A DNA stretch of 64,000 nt from Leucoraja erinacea. Lineage: Eukaryota. Of this stretch, positions 39,606 to 51,642 are shown piece after piece; position 1 is the first letter of the stretch, and the number at the start of each line of letters is the position of its first letter. The stretch is taken from assembly GCF_028641065.1 (NCBI RefSeq), contig NC_073407.1, forward strand, positions 18,290,001 through 18,354,000, read 5' to 3'. The notes below the pieces were generated by a model. The model was not told where the DNA came from. It was given only the letters and a program-made list of their open reading frames with translations, and ran no database searches. The translations under genes were made by a program, and so were the position numbers.

Positions 39606-39880
39606 AGTCATAGTCTTAGCGATAGTGAAAACAGGCCCCTCGGCCTAACTCGCTCACAGCAGCCAACAATGTCCCAGCTACACTAGTCCCACTTGCCTGC
39701 GTTTGGCCCATATCCCTCCAAACCTGTCCTATCCATGAACCTGTCTAATTGTTTCTTAAACGATGGGATAATCCCAACCTCAATGACCTCTGGCAGCTTG
39801 TTCCATACACCCACCACCCTTTGTGTGAAAAATTTACCATTCGGATTCCTATTAAATCTTTTCCCGTAGGTGAAGGGGTA

Positions 39881-40602
39881 CAGTGCCCACCATAATGTTT
39901 GGGACAAAGACCCATGTTATTTATTTGCCTCTGTACTCCCCAATTTGAGATTTGTAATAGAAAAACATCACATGTGGTTAAAGTGCACATTGTCAAATTT
40001 TATTAAAAGCCATTTTTATACATTTTGGTTTCACCATGTAGAAATTCCAATTTGTAATTGCTCAGGTGTGTTTAATTGCCTCCTTAATGCAGGTATAAGA
40101 GAGCTCTCAGCACCTAATCTTTCCTCCAGTCTATCCATCACCTTTGGAAAATCTTATTTCTATTTATCAACATGAGGACCAAAGTTATGCCAATGAAAGT
40201 CAGATAAGCCATTATGAGACTGAGAAACAAGAATAAAACTGATAGAGACATCAGCCAAACCGTCCGCAGAAGACTTCATGAACAGAAATACAGAGGCTAC
40301 ACTGCAAGATTCAAACCACTGGTTACCCGCAAAAATAGGATGGCCAGGTTACAGTTTCCCAAGAAGTACTTAATAGAGCAACCACAGCTCTGGAAAAAGG
40401 TCTTGTGGACAGATGAGACAAAGATTAACTTATATTAGAGTGATGGCAAGAGCAAAGTATGTGAAGGAACTGCCCAAGATCCAAAGCATACCACCTCATC
40501 TCTGAAACGCGGTGGTGGGAGTGTTATGATCTGGGCATGTATGGCTGCTGAAGGTACTGGCTAGCTTATCTTCATTGATGATACAACTGATGATGGTAGT
40601 AG
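39881..40602 (+). mobile_element. Tc1 5' half (copy B) up to the LTR insertion site
   Basis: TA|CAGTGCCC left TIR; ORF TVRRRLHEQKYRG...WKKVLWTDETKINLY. Confidence 0.88.
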
Positions 40603-41300
40603 TGTAGCGGCCCCTGGTGGCGGCCTTGTTAATATCGAACCCTCGCGATTGACTGCGCAGTCACATGAGCGCGGGAGTTTCATCGCAGGTTCATTCTAGC
40701 GCCACGCGAATAGAATACACATCGTTAAAATTTTGCCGTCTATCTCGACTTGGGTGACTACTTTGTTTGCATTTCAAAAGAAAGAATTTTTGCACACCCT
40801 AAGTCTCGACTCGCCAAACTGGTGACCCTGTTAGTCCGAATGGATTTTGGGCATTTGACATGCAAGCCGCCGCCATCCCCGACGCCCAGCAAAAACGTTG
40901 TGGGTCTGAAGATGCCCATGTCGAAAGCACTGTAGTTGCACTCCGGAGCCTGCAGCTGACGGCTGAAAAAGGTCAACGGCTGCCAGCGGCCATCAACGAG
41001 CTGCTCCAGGTCACCACCTATAGCAGCATCCGAGGCGTATATGGTGAGTGCGGTAGGGGCGGAAGCACGCGGGTGCCCCAACATGGTAGCGTTTACCAGG
41101 GCTACCTTGGCACCCTCGAAAGAGGCGTCCGCCTCCTCGGACCACACGAGGTTCCGCGTTTTACCCGCCAGCCACCGGAACAGGAGGCTCATGATGTCAG
41201 CATCTGCCGGCACGAAACGGCGATAAAAATTCACCATGCCGATAATCTCCTGTAGCCCCTTCACGGAGAGCGGCCGGGAGAACTTCCGGATAGTCTCGAC
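40603..41300. mobile_element. Gypsy 5' LTR (40603-40817), PBS and an inverted RT-connection/RNase H fragment
   Basis: PBS TGGTGACCC at 40820; minus-strand ORF GMVNFYRRFVP...YASDAAIGGDLEQ...WQPLTFFSRQL...YSAFD. Confidence 0.85.
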
Positions 41301-41304
41301 CTGG

Positions 41305-42794
41305 CAAGAGAATATTTTTGTTTAGCATCTGTTTTGCAGCATTATTTTTCCTTTTGGATAGGATGACCCCTTTAAACTGAAGACGGGAGGTATGATTGAT
41401 ATGAAGATCCTGAAGGACCGAAAGCGAGAAAAGTGAGGAATCGAAAAAGCCATTTATTTGTTCATTTCATTTTTATACACAATAATATAGCCCAGCCGTC
41501 AGCCTTTCAGCCCGTGCTCCTTCAACATGGTGTTTTAAAATAAAGCTATACTTGAGGCCCAAATAAAGCCTGTTGCAGCTTTTAGACTAAATAGCAATCA
41601 TGTAACTATATGCTTTGTCATACCCACCAGTATGGTTATGCTGTTTCTGTGGTATAGAAGAATATGATGTAGCTTTACTGTTTTTATTTTCCATTCATTC
41701 ACCCAAATGACAAAAATGCAAAGTACATAAAACAGAAGTTTTGTTCATTTAAGATGTGTCTGAAAAATGAACGAACTACATGGACTAAAACTCCTATAAA
41801 CTGCTATCTGCATGTTTGGAAATTATTATAGCCTAGAATTTAACTCACCTGATTGTGTTTGCTGTACACCCTTTATACTGGCCAGGGTCCCATTTTGACA
41901 CACTCCATTCAAACTTGCCTGCTTCATTAGAAAAATTATTATTTTACAGTGGCAAGCTTTTTCTTGTAATGAAGGTGAATTAGAGAAATGTTGATGTACT
42001 AATAGGAGCAATACCCAACCGTCAAAAAAAATGTGCCAGTTCTGCACCACAGTGCCGAAGGTGCTGAATTATCGGAGTTTACTGTAATGTGAAGGGCAGA
42101 AGGCAGTGAAGTACAACTCGTGCCTCTTGTGCCACCTGGCAAGCTGGTGTGAGGTGCCTTAGTATAATTTAGACTTGACGCCTCTTTTCTCTCCTACCCC
42201 TTCCCCACCACATCTATCCTTATACCTCCATTCATAGAACAGTACCGCATGGGAACAGACCTTTCAGTCCAGGTCGAACATGACACCAAGTTAAAGTGAT
42301 CTCTCTCTTGCCTACATCTGATTCATATCTTGCCATACCCTGCATATCCATATGTCTATCCAAAAGCCTCTTAAATGCTATTATTGTATCTACCTGCACC
42401 ACAACCCTGGCAGTGCATTCCAGGCACCCACCAATATGGGGAAAAGCAACTTGTCCTGCACATCTCTCTTAACTTCTGCTCCCCTCACCTTAAACCTACA
42501 ATCTGTCTTTGACATTTTCACCCTGGCGGGAAAAGGACTCCATCTATCTTATCTAGCCCTCCCATAATTTTTTATAACCTCTATCAGGTCTCCCCTCAGC
42601 CTCCAACACTCCAGAGAAAATAATCTTATAGCTACCTCCCTGCCTTTAACCTGTCTGAAAGCACTTGGCCTATTTTCTGCACTCTTCTGCAACTTTGGGA
42701 AAGTGTTAAGAATGAAATGCAATCTATCAGCCCTTGGTATCAGTTGCAGGCATTGTGATGATCATTATAAACTCTCCAATCTTGCAATTGTGCC
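41305..42794 (+). pseudogene. C9orf78: Duplicated C9orf78 fragment (end of intron 3, exon 4 at 41362-41432, part of intron 4)
   Basis: Colinear with ~16250-17747; exon 4 identical 71/71 with splice sites intact; no other C9orf78 exons nearby. Confidence 0.92.
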
Positions 42795-43723
42795 TCCTCA
42801 TCCTCTTGCGCTCAATGGAATTGAGACCCAGCCTACTCAACCTCTCCCTTTTACTCACACCCTCTAATCCTGGCAAAATCCTTGTAAATCTTTTCTGAAG
42901 CTTGACATACCTTTCTTATAACATCCTTTGCAAGCAGAGGTTCACTTGCAACTCCTGACAATATCCTTTCAGGTGTTACTGCATCCACGAGACCATCGTA
43001 AACTCCCACGTTAGTCCGCAGAGGTTCAAACACTTGCAACTCCATTTCCAACCTCAGTCTAATGTATCTGTTGTTCCAGTGGTGTGGACTCAAGTAACTG
43101 CATCCACGAGACCCAACGACTAAACTTGTTGGGCGATTCGTTTTCTTGGATCATCATTATTTTTTGCTCATTGTTCTACGCCTGGACCCTATCTGTTTCT
43201 CCCGGTTGCCAAACACCTTTAATTTCTCCAGAGATGCTGTCTGACCCACTGAGTTACTCCAGCGTTTTTGCCACTACTGACCTTTGAATTGGCCTGGGCA
43301 GAAGCCCCTCCATTGGTGCTTGAAATGCAAATTGGAGTTCACCTTTACAACAGTAAAATCATTCATATTTCGCTGGGGCAGAGATTAAGACAACGTTTGT
43401 GGTATACACTTTTCTCTATCTACAAGTAACCCTTGCATCCCCCCTGCTCTTCATCCCTTCCCCACCATTTATTAAGTCGCTGACTTTAGTGTCGTAAAGT
43501 CGTATAAATAATATTATATATATTCAACAATTTTGTCTTTTTGTCATAACTGTAATTTAAATAGGAACGTTTATTTTCACCTATCTCACAGACCTCAAAA
43601 CTAAAATGACGCCAAATATTATTGTTATTACATTTAACACCATGAATTGATTTATTAGAAACCTACAAATGGGCGACAACCCAAATCTTCTCTTTAATGA
43701 GAATGATGTTCACGATTTTTTTG

Positions 43724-45890
43724 CCCTCCATAATGTTTGGGACACAATGAGACCCAAAGGTTAATGGAATGATGTTCACTTTGTTGCCCTCCATAATGTT
43801 TGGGACAAAGACCCATAGGTTATTTATTTGCCTCTGTACTCCACAATTTGAGATTTGTAATAGAAAAAACATCACATGCGCTTAAAGTGCACATCGTCAA
43901 ATTTTATTAAAAGCCATTTTTATACATTTTGGTTTCGCCATGTAGAGATTACAGCTGTGTTTATCCATAGTCCCCCCCCCCCCCCCCCCCCCCCCCACCC
44001 ATTTCAGGGCACCATAATGTTTGGGACACATGGCTTCACAGGTGTTTGTAATTGCTCAGGTGTGTGCTTAATTGCCTCCTTCATGCAGGTATAAGAGAGC
44101 TTCAGCACCTAATCTTTCCTCCGGTCTTTCCATCACCTCTGGAAAATGTTATTGCTGTTTATCAACATGAGGACCAAAGTTGTGCCAATGAAAGTCAAAG
44201 AAGCCATTATGAGAAACATTATGAGACTGAGAAACAAGAAATACAACTGTTAGAGACATCAGCCAAACCGTCCGCAGAAGACTTCATGAACAGAAATACA
44301 GAGGCTACACCGCAAGTTGCAAACCACTGGTTAGCCGCAAAAATAGGATGGCCAGGTTACAGTTTGCCAAGAAATACTTAATAGAGCAACCACAGTTCTG
44401 GAAAAAGGTCTTGTGGACAGATGAGACAAAGATTAACTTATATCAGACTGATGGCAAGAGCAAAGTATGAGGAGGAACTGCCCAAGATCCAAAGCATACC
44501 ACCTCATCTGTGAACCACGGTGGTGGGGAGTGTTATGGCCTGGGCATGTATGGCTGCTGAAGGTACTGGCTCACTTATCTTCACTGGTGATTACAACTAA
44601 TGGTAGTAGTGTAGCGGCCCCTAGTGGTGGCCTTGTTACTATCGAACCCTCGCGATTGGCTGGCACGGTCACATGAGCGAGGGAGCTTCTTTGCGGATTT
44701 TTTTTGTAACCGTTCATTCTAGCGCCACGGGAATAGAATACACATCGTTAAAATTTGGCTGTCTAACTCGACTCGGGTGACTACTTTGTTTGCGTTTCAA
44801 AATAAAGAATTTTTGCACACCTTAACGTCTCGACTCGTCAAAGTAGAATAATAAATTCTGAAGTGTATCGACATAACCTGTCTGCTCAAGTTCAAACAAA
44901 TGTCTCAAAACTCATTGGCCGGCGGTTCATTCTACAGCAAGACAATGATCCCAAACGTACATATTATCTAAATGGTGGCCGATTGGGAAAGGGGGAGATG
45001 CAGCGAGACCTGGGTGTCATGGTACACCAGTCATTGAAGGTAGGCATGCAGGTGCAGCAGGCAGTAAAGAAAGCGAATGGTATGTTAGCTTTCATTGCAA
45101 AAGGATTTGAGTATAGGAGCAGAGAGGTTCTACTGCAGTTGTACAGGGTCTTGGTGAGACCACACCTGGAGTATTGCGTACAGTTTTGGTCTCCAAATCT
45201 GAGGAAGGACATTATTGCCATAGAGGGAGTGCAGAGACGGTTCACCAGACTGATTCCTGGGATGTCAGGACTGTCTTATGAAGAAAGACTGGATAGACTT
45301 GGTTTATACTCTCTAGAATTTAGAAGATTGAGAGGGGATCTTATAGAAACTTACAAAATTCTTAAGGGGTTGGACAGGCTAGATGCAGGAAGATTGTTCC
45401 CAATGTTAGGGAAGTCCAGGACAAGGGGTCACAGCTTAAGGATAAAGGGGAAATCCTTTAAAACCGAGATGAGAAGAACTTTTTTCACGCAGAGAGTGGT
45501 GAATCTCTGGAACTCTCTGCCACAGAGGGTAGTTGAGGCCAGTTCATTGGCTATATTTAAGAGGGAGTTAGATGTGGCCCTTGTGGCTAAGGGGATCAGG
45601 GGGTATGGAGAGAAGGCAGGTACGGGATACTGAGTTGGATGATCAGCCATGATCATATTGAATGGCGGTGCAGGCTCGAAGGGCCGAATGGCCTACTCCT
45701 GCACCTAATTTCTATGTTTCTATACTGCTAAAGCAACAAAGGAGTTTTTCACAGCTAAAAATTCTTGAGTGGCCAAGTCAATCACCCGATCTGAACCCAA
45801 TTGAGCATGACTTTTATATGCTGAAGAGAAAGCTGAAGTGCACTTGTTCCCAGAACAAGGATAAGCTAAAGATGGCTCCAATACAGGCCT
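43724..45890 (+). mobile_element. Tc1 (copy C) with nested solo LTR (44610-44841) and nested CR1 LINE
   Basis: Left TIR with duplicated tip, transposase fragments including FILQQDNDPK and WPSQSPDLNPIE; solo LTR with AGTAG TSD. Confidence 0.88.
44961..45722 (+). mobile_element. 5'-truncated CR1-clade LINE (ORF2 C-terminus and 3' UTR)
   Basis: Uninterrupted frame RDLGVMVH...LVRPHLEYCVQFWSP...RTRGHSLRI...FFTQRVVNLWNSLP; CTATGTTTCTA tail; splits the Tc1 sequence CCCAAAC|ATACTGCT. Confidence 0.92.
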
Positions 45891-46050
45891 TATACAGGTT
45901 TGACAGGCTCATGTTGGGAGCTGCATGCATCTAATTCTATTCTGACATGCTTGCTGTTTGCATTTATGTGCTTTTTATTTGATTTGATTTTTTTTTTTTA
46001 ATTGTCCAGTGTCGAAAAGCAAAATATATTCAATTAAAAACACACACATT

Positions 46051-46295
46051 CTACAAGTAATAATGCACCCTGGCGGCTACGGTTTTGCAGCCTTTGTCTG
46101 GATAGATCTTTTCATGTTCTGGAAAGTATGTCATTTCATCAGCTACAGCAGTAATAATTTTCTCATCCGCCTGATAACCCCTGGCTACCAGTTCTTCCTT
46201 GACACACAACTTGACATGTTTATATTCCAGAGGAAGTAAAGGGACAAAGTAGTCAATCACATTACAATCAATGAGGCTGGTGTGCCAGAATCCAC
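46051..46295 (-). CDS. tor1: Torsin-1 copy 2, exon 5 (...[17 protein letters not shown])
   Basis: 245-nt terminal exon, open frame; five exons give a 981-nt ORF (326 aa). Confidence 0.9.
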
Positions 46296-46365
46296 CTATC
46301 CAATTAAACAAAAGTACATTAGTATACAAAGATCACATCAGGCAAAGCGTCAAAATTATACAGCC

Positions 46366-48631
46366 CAAGGCTGCCAACATTGGGTGAGAGTTGGGAGTGA
46401 GAAATTGTGAGAGACCAAGCCCGAGGGAGCATAGCGACGGGGGGTGGGGGTGGGGAGTGGGCGGAGGGTGTCCCTCTCCCATTGGTACGGAACATTTGCA
46501 TTTTTCAGCTTGAAATTGTGCAATATGGTGCATACTGTAGTGAGTCTTTTAACTTACACTTGAATGCAATATATGCTTTAAATTGGATTGGAGCGTTTTT
46601 GAAAGGGGGGAGGCTGTGTGATCACTGGCCTTGGGGGAACCCGGTGAGGGAATGGAGCAACCGAGTGTGGAGAGGGTGTGGAAGAAGAGTGTCCCTCCTC
46701 CCAGGGTAGGAACTTGTTGGAATTTGATGTATTAAAATCATGTTTTAGTGCACTGTAGAAGTATGATTTCAATGTTTTTTGTATGAAGTATTTTTAAGAG
46801 GTAACTTTTTAAGGGGTAACTTTATCCACACAAAGGGTGATGGGTGTATGGAACAAGCTGCCAGAGGAGGTAGTTGATGCAAAGACCATCCCAACATTTA
46901 AGAAAAAGTTAGACTGATACATAGATAGGACAGGTTTGGAGGTATAGACCAAAAGCAGGTAGCGTAGCTGGGAGCGTAGGCGGGTGTGGGCAAGTTGCGC
47001 CGAAGGGCCTGTTTTCACACTGTATCACTCTATGACTACATTATACCTCCACCATGCATGAATGTTTCAAAATCAAGTGATTGAGTTTTATTGCCATGTA
47101 CTCAAGCATAAAAACATAGAAAATAGGTGCAGGAATAGGCCATCGGCCCTTCGAGCCAGCACTGCCATTCAATATGATCATGGCTATTCATCTAAAATCA
47201 GTACCTCTTTCCTGTTTTTCCCCCATATCCCTTGATGTCATTAACCCCAAGAACTAAATATATCCCTCTCTTGAAAACATCCAATTGGCCAGCACTGCCT
47301 TCTGTGGCAGAGAATTCCACAGATTCACAACCCTCTGCGTGAAGTTTGTTCTCATCTCAGTCCTAACTGCCCCCCCTTTATTCTTAAACTGTGACCCATG
47401 GTTCTGAACACCACCAACATCGGGAACATTTTTCCTGCAGTTACAGTAAGTGAAAATCTAGTAGGCAAGCAGGATGCTTTCACCAACCACCCCCATTTGA
47501 AGTCCACTATCTTCCACCGTATCTACCCAGTGCATGGTACTTACTTCCAGCAGCCACTGGTTGTCCTCCAGGATGCACCGAGCCACAGCCTGATTCATGC
47601 CGAATCACACCTGGCTGAATTCGGCAGAGACTCTCACGGCAGCGGTGCAACGCTTCGACGCCTCCGACGGCCCGGGACTCTTGCACTGAGGCTGCTCCAT
47701 GGCCGGAGCTGCAGTGAGCAACTCCCCAGCCCAGCAAACACTCACCAGCCCCGCTCCCCGTCTGCATCTGTCCCCGCCCCTGCTTCTGCTTCCAACACCC
47801 GTGGCCCATGCAGTTGATATGAGTGTTGAAATATTCGTTGATCACAGAATTTCTCACAACAGAGCGAGAGAAATTGGTGAAATGCTTGATTCTCACGCCC
47901 AATGCATGGGAGTTGGCAGCCCTGCCTCTCTATCCCCTTCTCCCTCACCCCCTCTCTCCCTCCCCTCTCTCTCCCTCCCACCTCACTCATCCCTCTCTCT
48001 CCTCTCACGTCTCTCACTTCGCCCCTCTCCTCCTCTCTCTTCCCCATTTCTCCCTCCCACCTCATTCTCCCCCTGGCTCTCTCCCCCCTCTATCTTTTTC
48101 CTCTGTCTCTATCTCCTCTTTCTCTTTGCCCCCCCATCTCTCTTTCCCCCTCTCTCTTTTACCACCCCTATCTCTTCCCCCCTCTCCCATTCTCTGCTAT
48201 CCTCTCACCCCTCTCTCTCTCTCCCCCCCCTCTCTCCCCCCCCCCCCCCTCTCTCCCCTCCCCTCTCCCTCTTCTCTCTCTCCATTCATCCCCCCTCTGT
48301 CACTCCCTTCTCTCTCCTCTCACCCCCTCTCTCTCTCCCTCCCGTCTCCTTCCCCTCTCTCTCTCTCCACCTCCCTTTGAGAGTCTGTCCCTTTGGCACA
48401 GAGACTCTCGCGGCAGCGGCGCAACGCTTCAGACGCCTCCGACGACCCGGGACGTGCGCTGCTCCATGAACTGCAACTAGCGACTCACCAGCCCTGCAAA
48501 CACTCGACAGCCCCGCACACACTCGCAGCCCCGCAAACACTCACCACAGAGCGTGAGAAATTTCTGATCAGCGTGAGAGTTTGCTTGAGGGCGTGATTCT
48601 CACGCTCAAAGCGTGAGAATTGGCAGCCCTG
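46366..48631. mobile_element. Non-autonomous TIR transposon with 5-bp TSD CAGCC (possibly hAT5-like), carrying nested LINE fragments and a CT-rich tract
   Basis: TIR CAAGGCTGCCAA / TTGGCAGCCCTG; CAGCC at 46361-46365 and 48632-48636; empty site in copy 1 (ATACAGCCATTC near 28742). Confidence 0.85.
47925..48378 (+). repeat. C/T-rich low-complexity polypyrimidine tract
   Basis: About 450 bp almost entirely C and T; explains the spurious Pro/Ser/Leu ORFs. Confidence 0.95.
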
Positions 48632-49816
48632 CAGCCATTCATATCTGAGCTCCGGTTATGTACCAATTCAATTTGCATGGTTTTAAAATTCTTCATTGCA
48701 CTAAACACATCACAATCTACGTAGTCTTGACCAAACCATAAATCCGTCAGGATCTCTAAAGATCATCAGCTCTGGTCTTGCATAATCAATCCACCATTTG
48801 TTCAGCTACCAGCATCCTCTAGTTCCTTCCCTTAACCTCTGCCTTTAAGATGCTTCATTGACCAATCATTTGGTCACCTGTGCTATTACCTGTGCTATTA
48901 CCACGGAATTAGCCTTCAACCAAACCTTGTTGAAACTTAGCAATAAATGTCTGTGCTCCTGAGACTAGAAGAAGAAAAGGCAATCCGCCAGTGCAGTTAC
49001 CTTAGATGGAAAACAAATACATCTGTAGATGTTGAAATCTGAAGCAGAGATGCTAGTAGAACTCAAGCACTATCTGTGGAAAGATAAATCAGTCAACATT
49101 TCCAGTCAGTGATCCTTCCTCAGAAGAACTTTCAGCACTTTGATTACCCTCAAGTAGTCAATACTGGAAAGCACATAAATGCAAACAGCAAGCATGTCAG
49201 AATAGAATTAGATGCATGCAGCTCCCAACATGAGCCTGTCAAACCTGTATAAGGAATGCCATAGATGTGCACTGGTAACTAGAATACTCATGGAAGTGGA
49301 AAAAGATATGAACAGATAAACAAAGGCACAATGTCCAAAAACGTCTAACATAGCCTTCATGAAATTGACAAGGATGTTTAGTTTAGTTTAGAGATACAGC
49401 ATGGAAACAGTCCTTTCGGCCCAGCCAGTCCACGTCGACCAACGCTCACCCATACACCAGTTCTATCCCACGCACCAGGGACAATTTACAGAAACCAATT
49501 AACCTACAAACCCGCACCTCTTTGGAATGGGGGAGGAAACCAACACCGTCACAGGGAGGATGTACAAACTCCATACACACAGCACCCGTAGTCAGGACCC
49601 AGGTCTCTGGCACTGGACGGCAGCAATTTTACTGCTGCGCCACTGTGCCGCCACAATGGTTGTACAGATTTCCAATTGGTGAGCATATTTTGTTCCAGTG
49701 TTCTTCATTGCACATTCCTCATGTTAAGCAAAAAAAGTATATATTAATCAAATTGTACAAAGAAGATTCCAAGTGCAGCTCATTTCAAACTGCCAAAATT
49801 TAGCATACATACTTAC

Positions 49817-49944
49817 TGTCTTTGTTATTGAAGACCCCGATAGACAGTTTACTTTCAAGATCTTTCAATTGAATTTCCTCCCTTTTGATTCCTCTGCGCC
49901 AAAAGTCCAGTGCAATCTCAGTAATCCTCGCTCCACCTGCCTGG
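49817..49944 (-). CDS. tor1: Torsin-1 copy 2, exon 4 (SQAGGARITEIALDFWRRG...VFNNKDS)
   Basis: 128-nt AG/GT exon, open; sensor-1 N to Q. Confidence 0.9.
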
Positions 49945-51466
49945 CTATTCACAACAAACAATAGTGATTTATAACAAAGAACCAAACACTAGTTGGCATA
50001 GGCTTAAGATGAGAGGGGAGAGATTTATGGGGAAAATTTTTCACTTGGAGTATAGTCTGTGTCTGGGATTAGCTGCCAGAGGAAGCTGTAGAAGTGTAAA
50101 CAATGATGCCTTTTAAAAGACATTTGGACATCTATATGGATAGGAAGGTTTCTGCGGGCTACAGGCCAAATGCAGGCCAACAGGACCAGGCCTGTATACC
50201 AACTTTGGTCAACTAGACATGGTGGACCAAAAGGCCAGTTTCATGCTGTACAGCTCTATGACGTCACAAAGGGTATCATCTGGAGCTTACAGGCTTTAAT
50301 ACACCTCAACTCAACAAAACATAACTACCCCATCCTTCTAAAGCATTTCTCCATCATGAGGCTCCAGAGAATTTATCATGAAATCTCTGATGGCATCTCA
50401 CTGTAGTACTGATGAAGTGATGGAACAGTTGGAGATGTCTTCTTTAAAATAAAATGTTAAATATGTCCTCCAAGCTGATTGTCGAATATTTGATTGTGTT
50501 ATTTTGCAGAAGACCAGGGAAGCTCCCTCCCGTGTCCTGACCAATACAAATCCCACAATCAATTTCAGGCACAGAAATTATCTGACTAATTATCAAATGT
50601 GTTTGTGGGAGCTGTTGTGCTCAGATCAGCTGGCCTGCTTCCTATGGGCAGCACAGTGGCATAGATATGAGTGCTCCTGCTTCAGCGCCAGCTGCCCAAG
50701 TTCAAATTTGATTGGGTGCTGACTGTGTGGAGCTTACATTCTTTCCTGTGACAAAGAGGGTCTCAAATATTCTCTCACATCCCAAAAATGTGCGGCATGG
50801 TTGGTTAATTAGCCTTGCGTGGGGTTGGTGGTAGAACCTGGAGGGAATTAATGAGAGTGTAGGTGAATAGGGAAAATTAGTGGGGAGGGAAATGGGACAA
50901 TTAGGAAATATGGAAATTACCACTTCCAAGTTATTTCATGGACTGTATAGTATTCTGGTCAGTATTTTATAACATGATATTACATGAATGCAAGTTAATT
51001 CTTATTCTTTAAGAATGCTTGTTTGGTGTTCAGGGGTTATGGGAAGAAGGCAGGAGAATGGGGTTGAGAGGGAAAGATAGATCAGCCATGATTGAATGGC
51101 AGAGTAGACTTAATGGGCTGAATGGCCTAATTCTGCTCCTAGAACTTATGAACAAACACAAATATAGGTCTTGAGGTTTAATTTGAACATCTTGTAACAT
51201 GGCATGCTTCAGTTGTTGCTCAGCTCTTAGACCACTGCTTGCTTTGCTGTCTGTTGTTCTACAATGACTGATCCTGCATTACAGTTATTCCCTCCATTAT
51301 AATTTCAATAGCATTTACAATATATTACAAAGCCTTCAGTAAATGTGCAATAATTGTCAAGAAAATAATGTACCCAATTACATTTCTATTTCAAATTCAG
51401 TATTTTTATTCCTTAAAGTTGATGATAGACTTTGTTCATGTGATTCACTATAAATATATCTTTTAC

Positions 51467-51642
51467 CTCAGAAAAATGAAAATCGCCTTCCGGTACACCA
51501 CTCCATCAATGTTATCATAGTGCTCCAAATAAGGCTTAATGGCATCAATAAGGCCTGTTTGCATCTTGTCCATTTCATCAAAAATGAACATGGACCTGGC
51601 ACACGTGGACACATTACCACGGATCCATTTCTGCAGCTGCTC
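51467..51642 (-). CDS. tor1: Torsin-1 copy 2, exon 3 (Walker [10 protein letters not shown] intact)
   Basis: 176-nt AG/GT exon, open. Confidence 0.9.

Noticed and set aside
42851-43093. Minus-strand ORF with an apparent AAG|GTATGT donor
   Set aside because: Antisense of scrambled Penelope endonuclease sequence; no recognisable protein
44863-45633. 256-aa ORF resembling a Tc1-CR1 fusion protein
   Set aside because: Chance in-frame junction of a decayed Tc1 fragment and a 5'-truncated CR1; starts at GTG and contains no complete catalytic domain
47699-48480. Long Pro/Ser/Leu-rich ORFs in three frames
   Set aside because: Artefact of a C/T low-complexity tract that lacks stop codons
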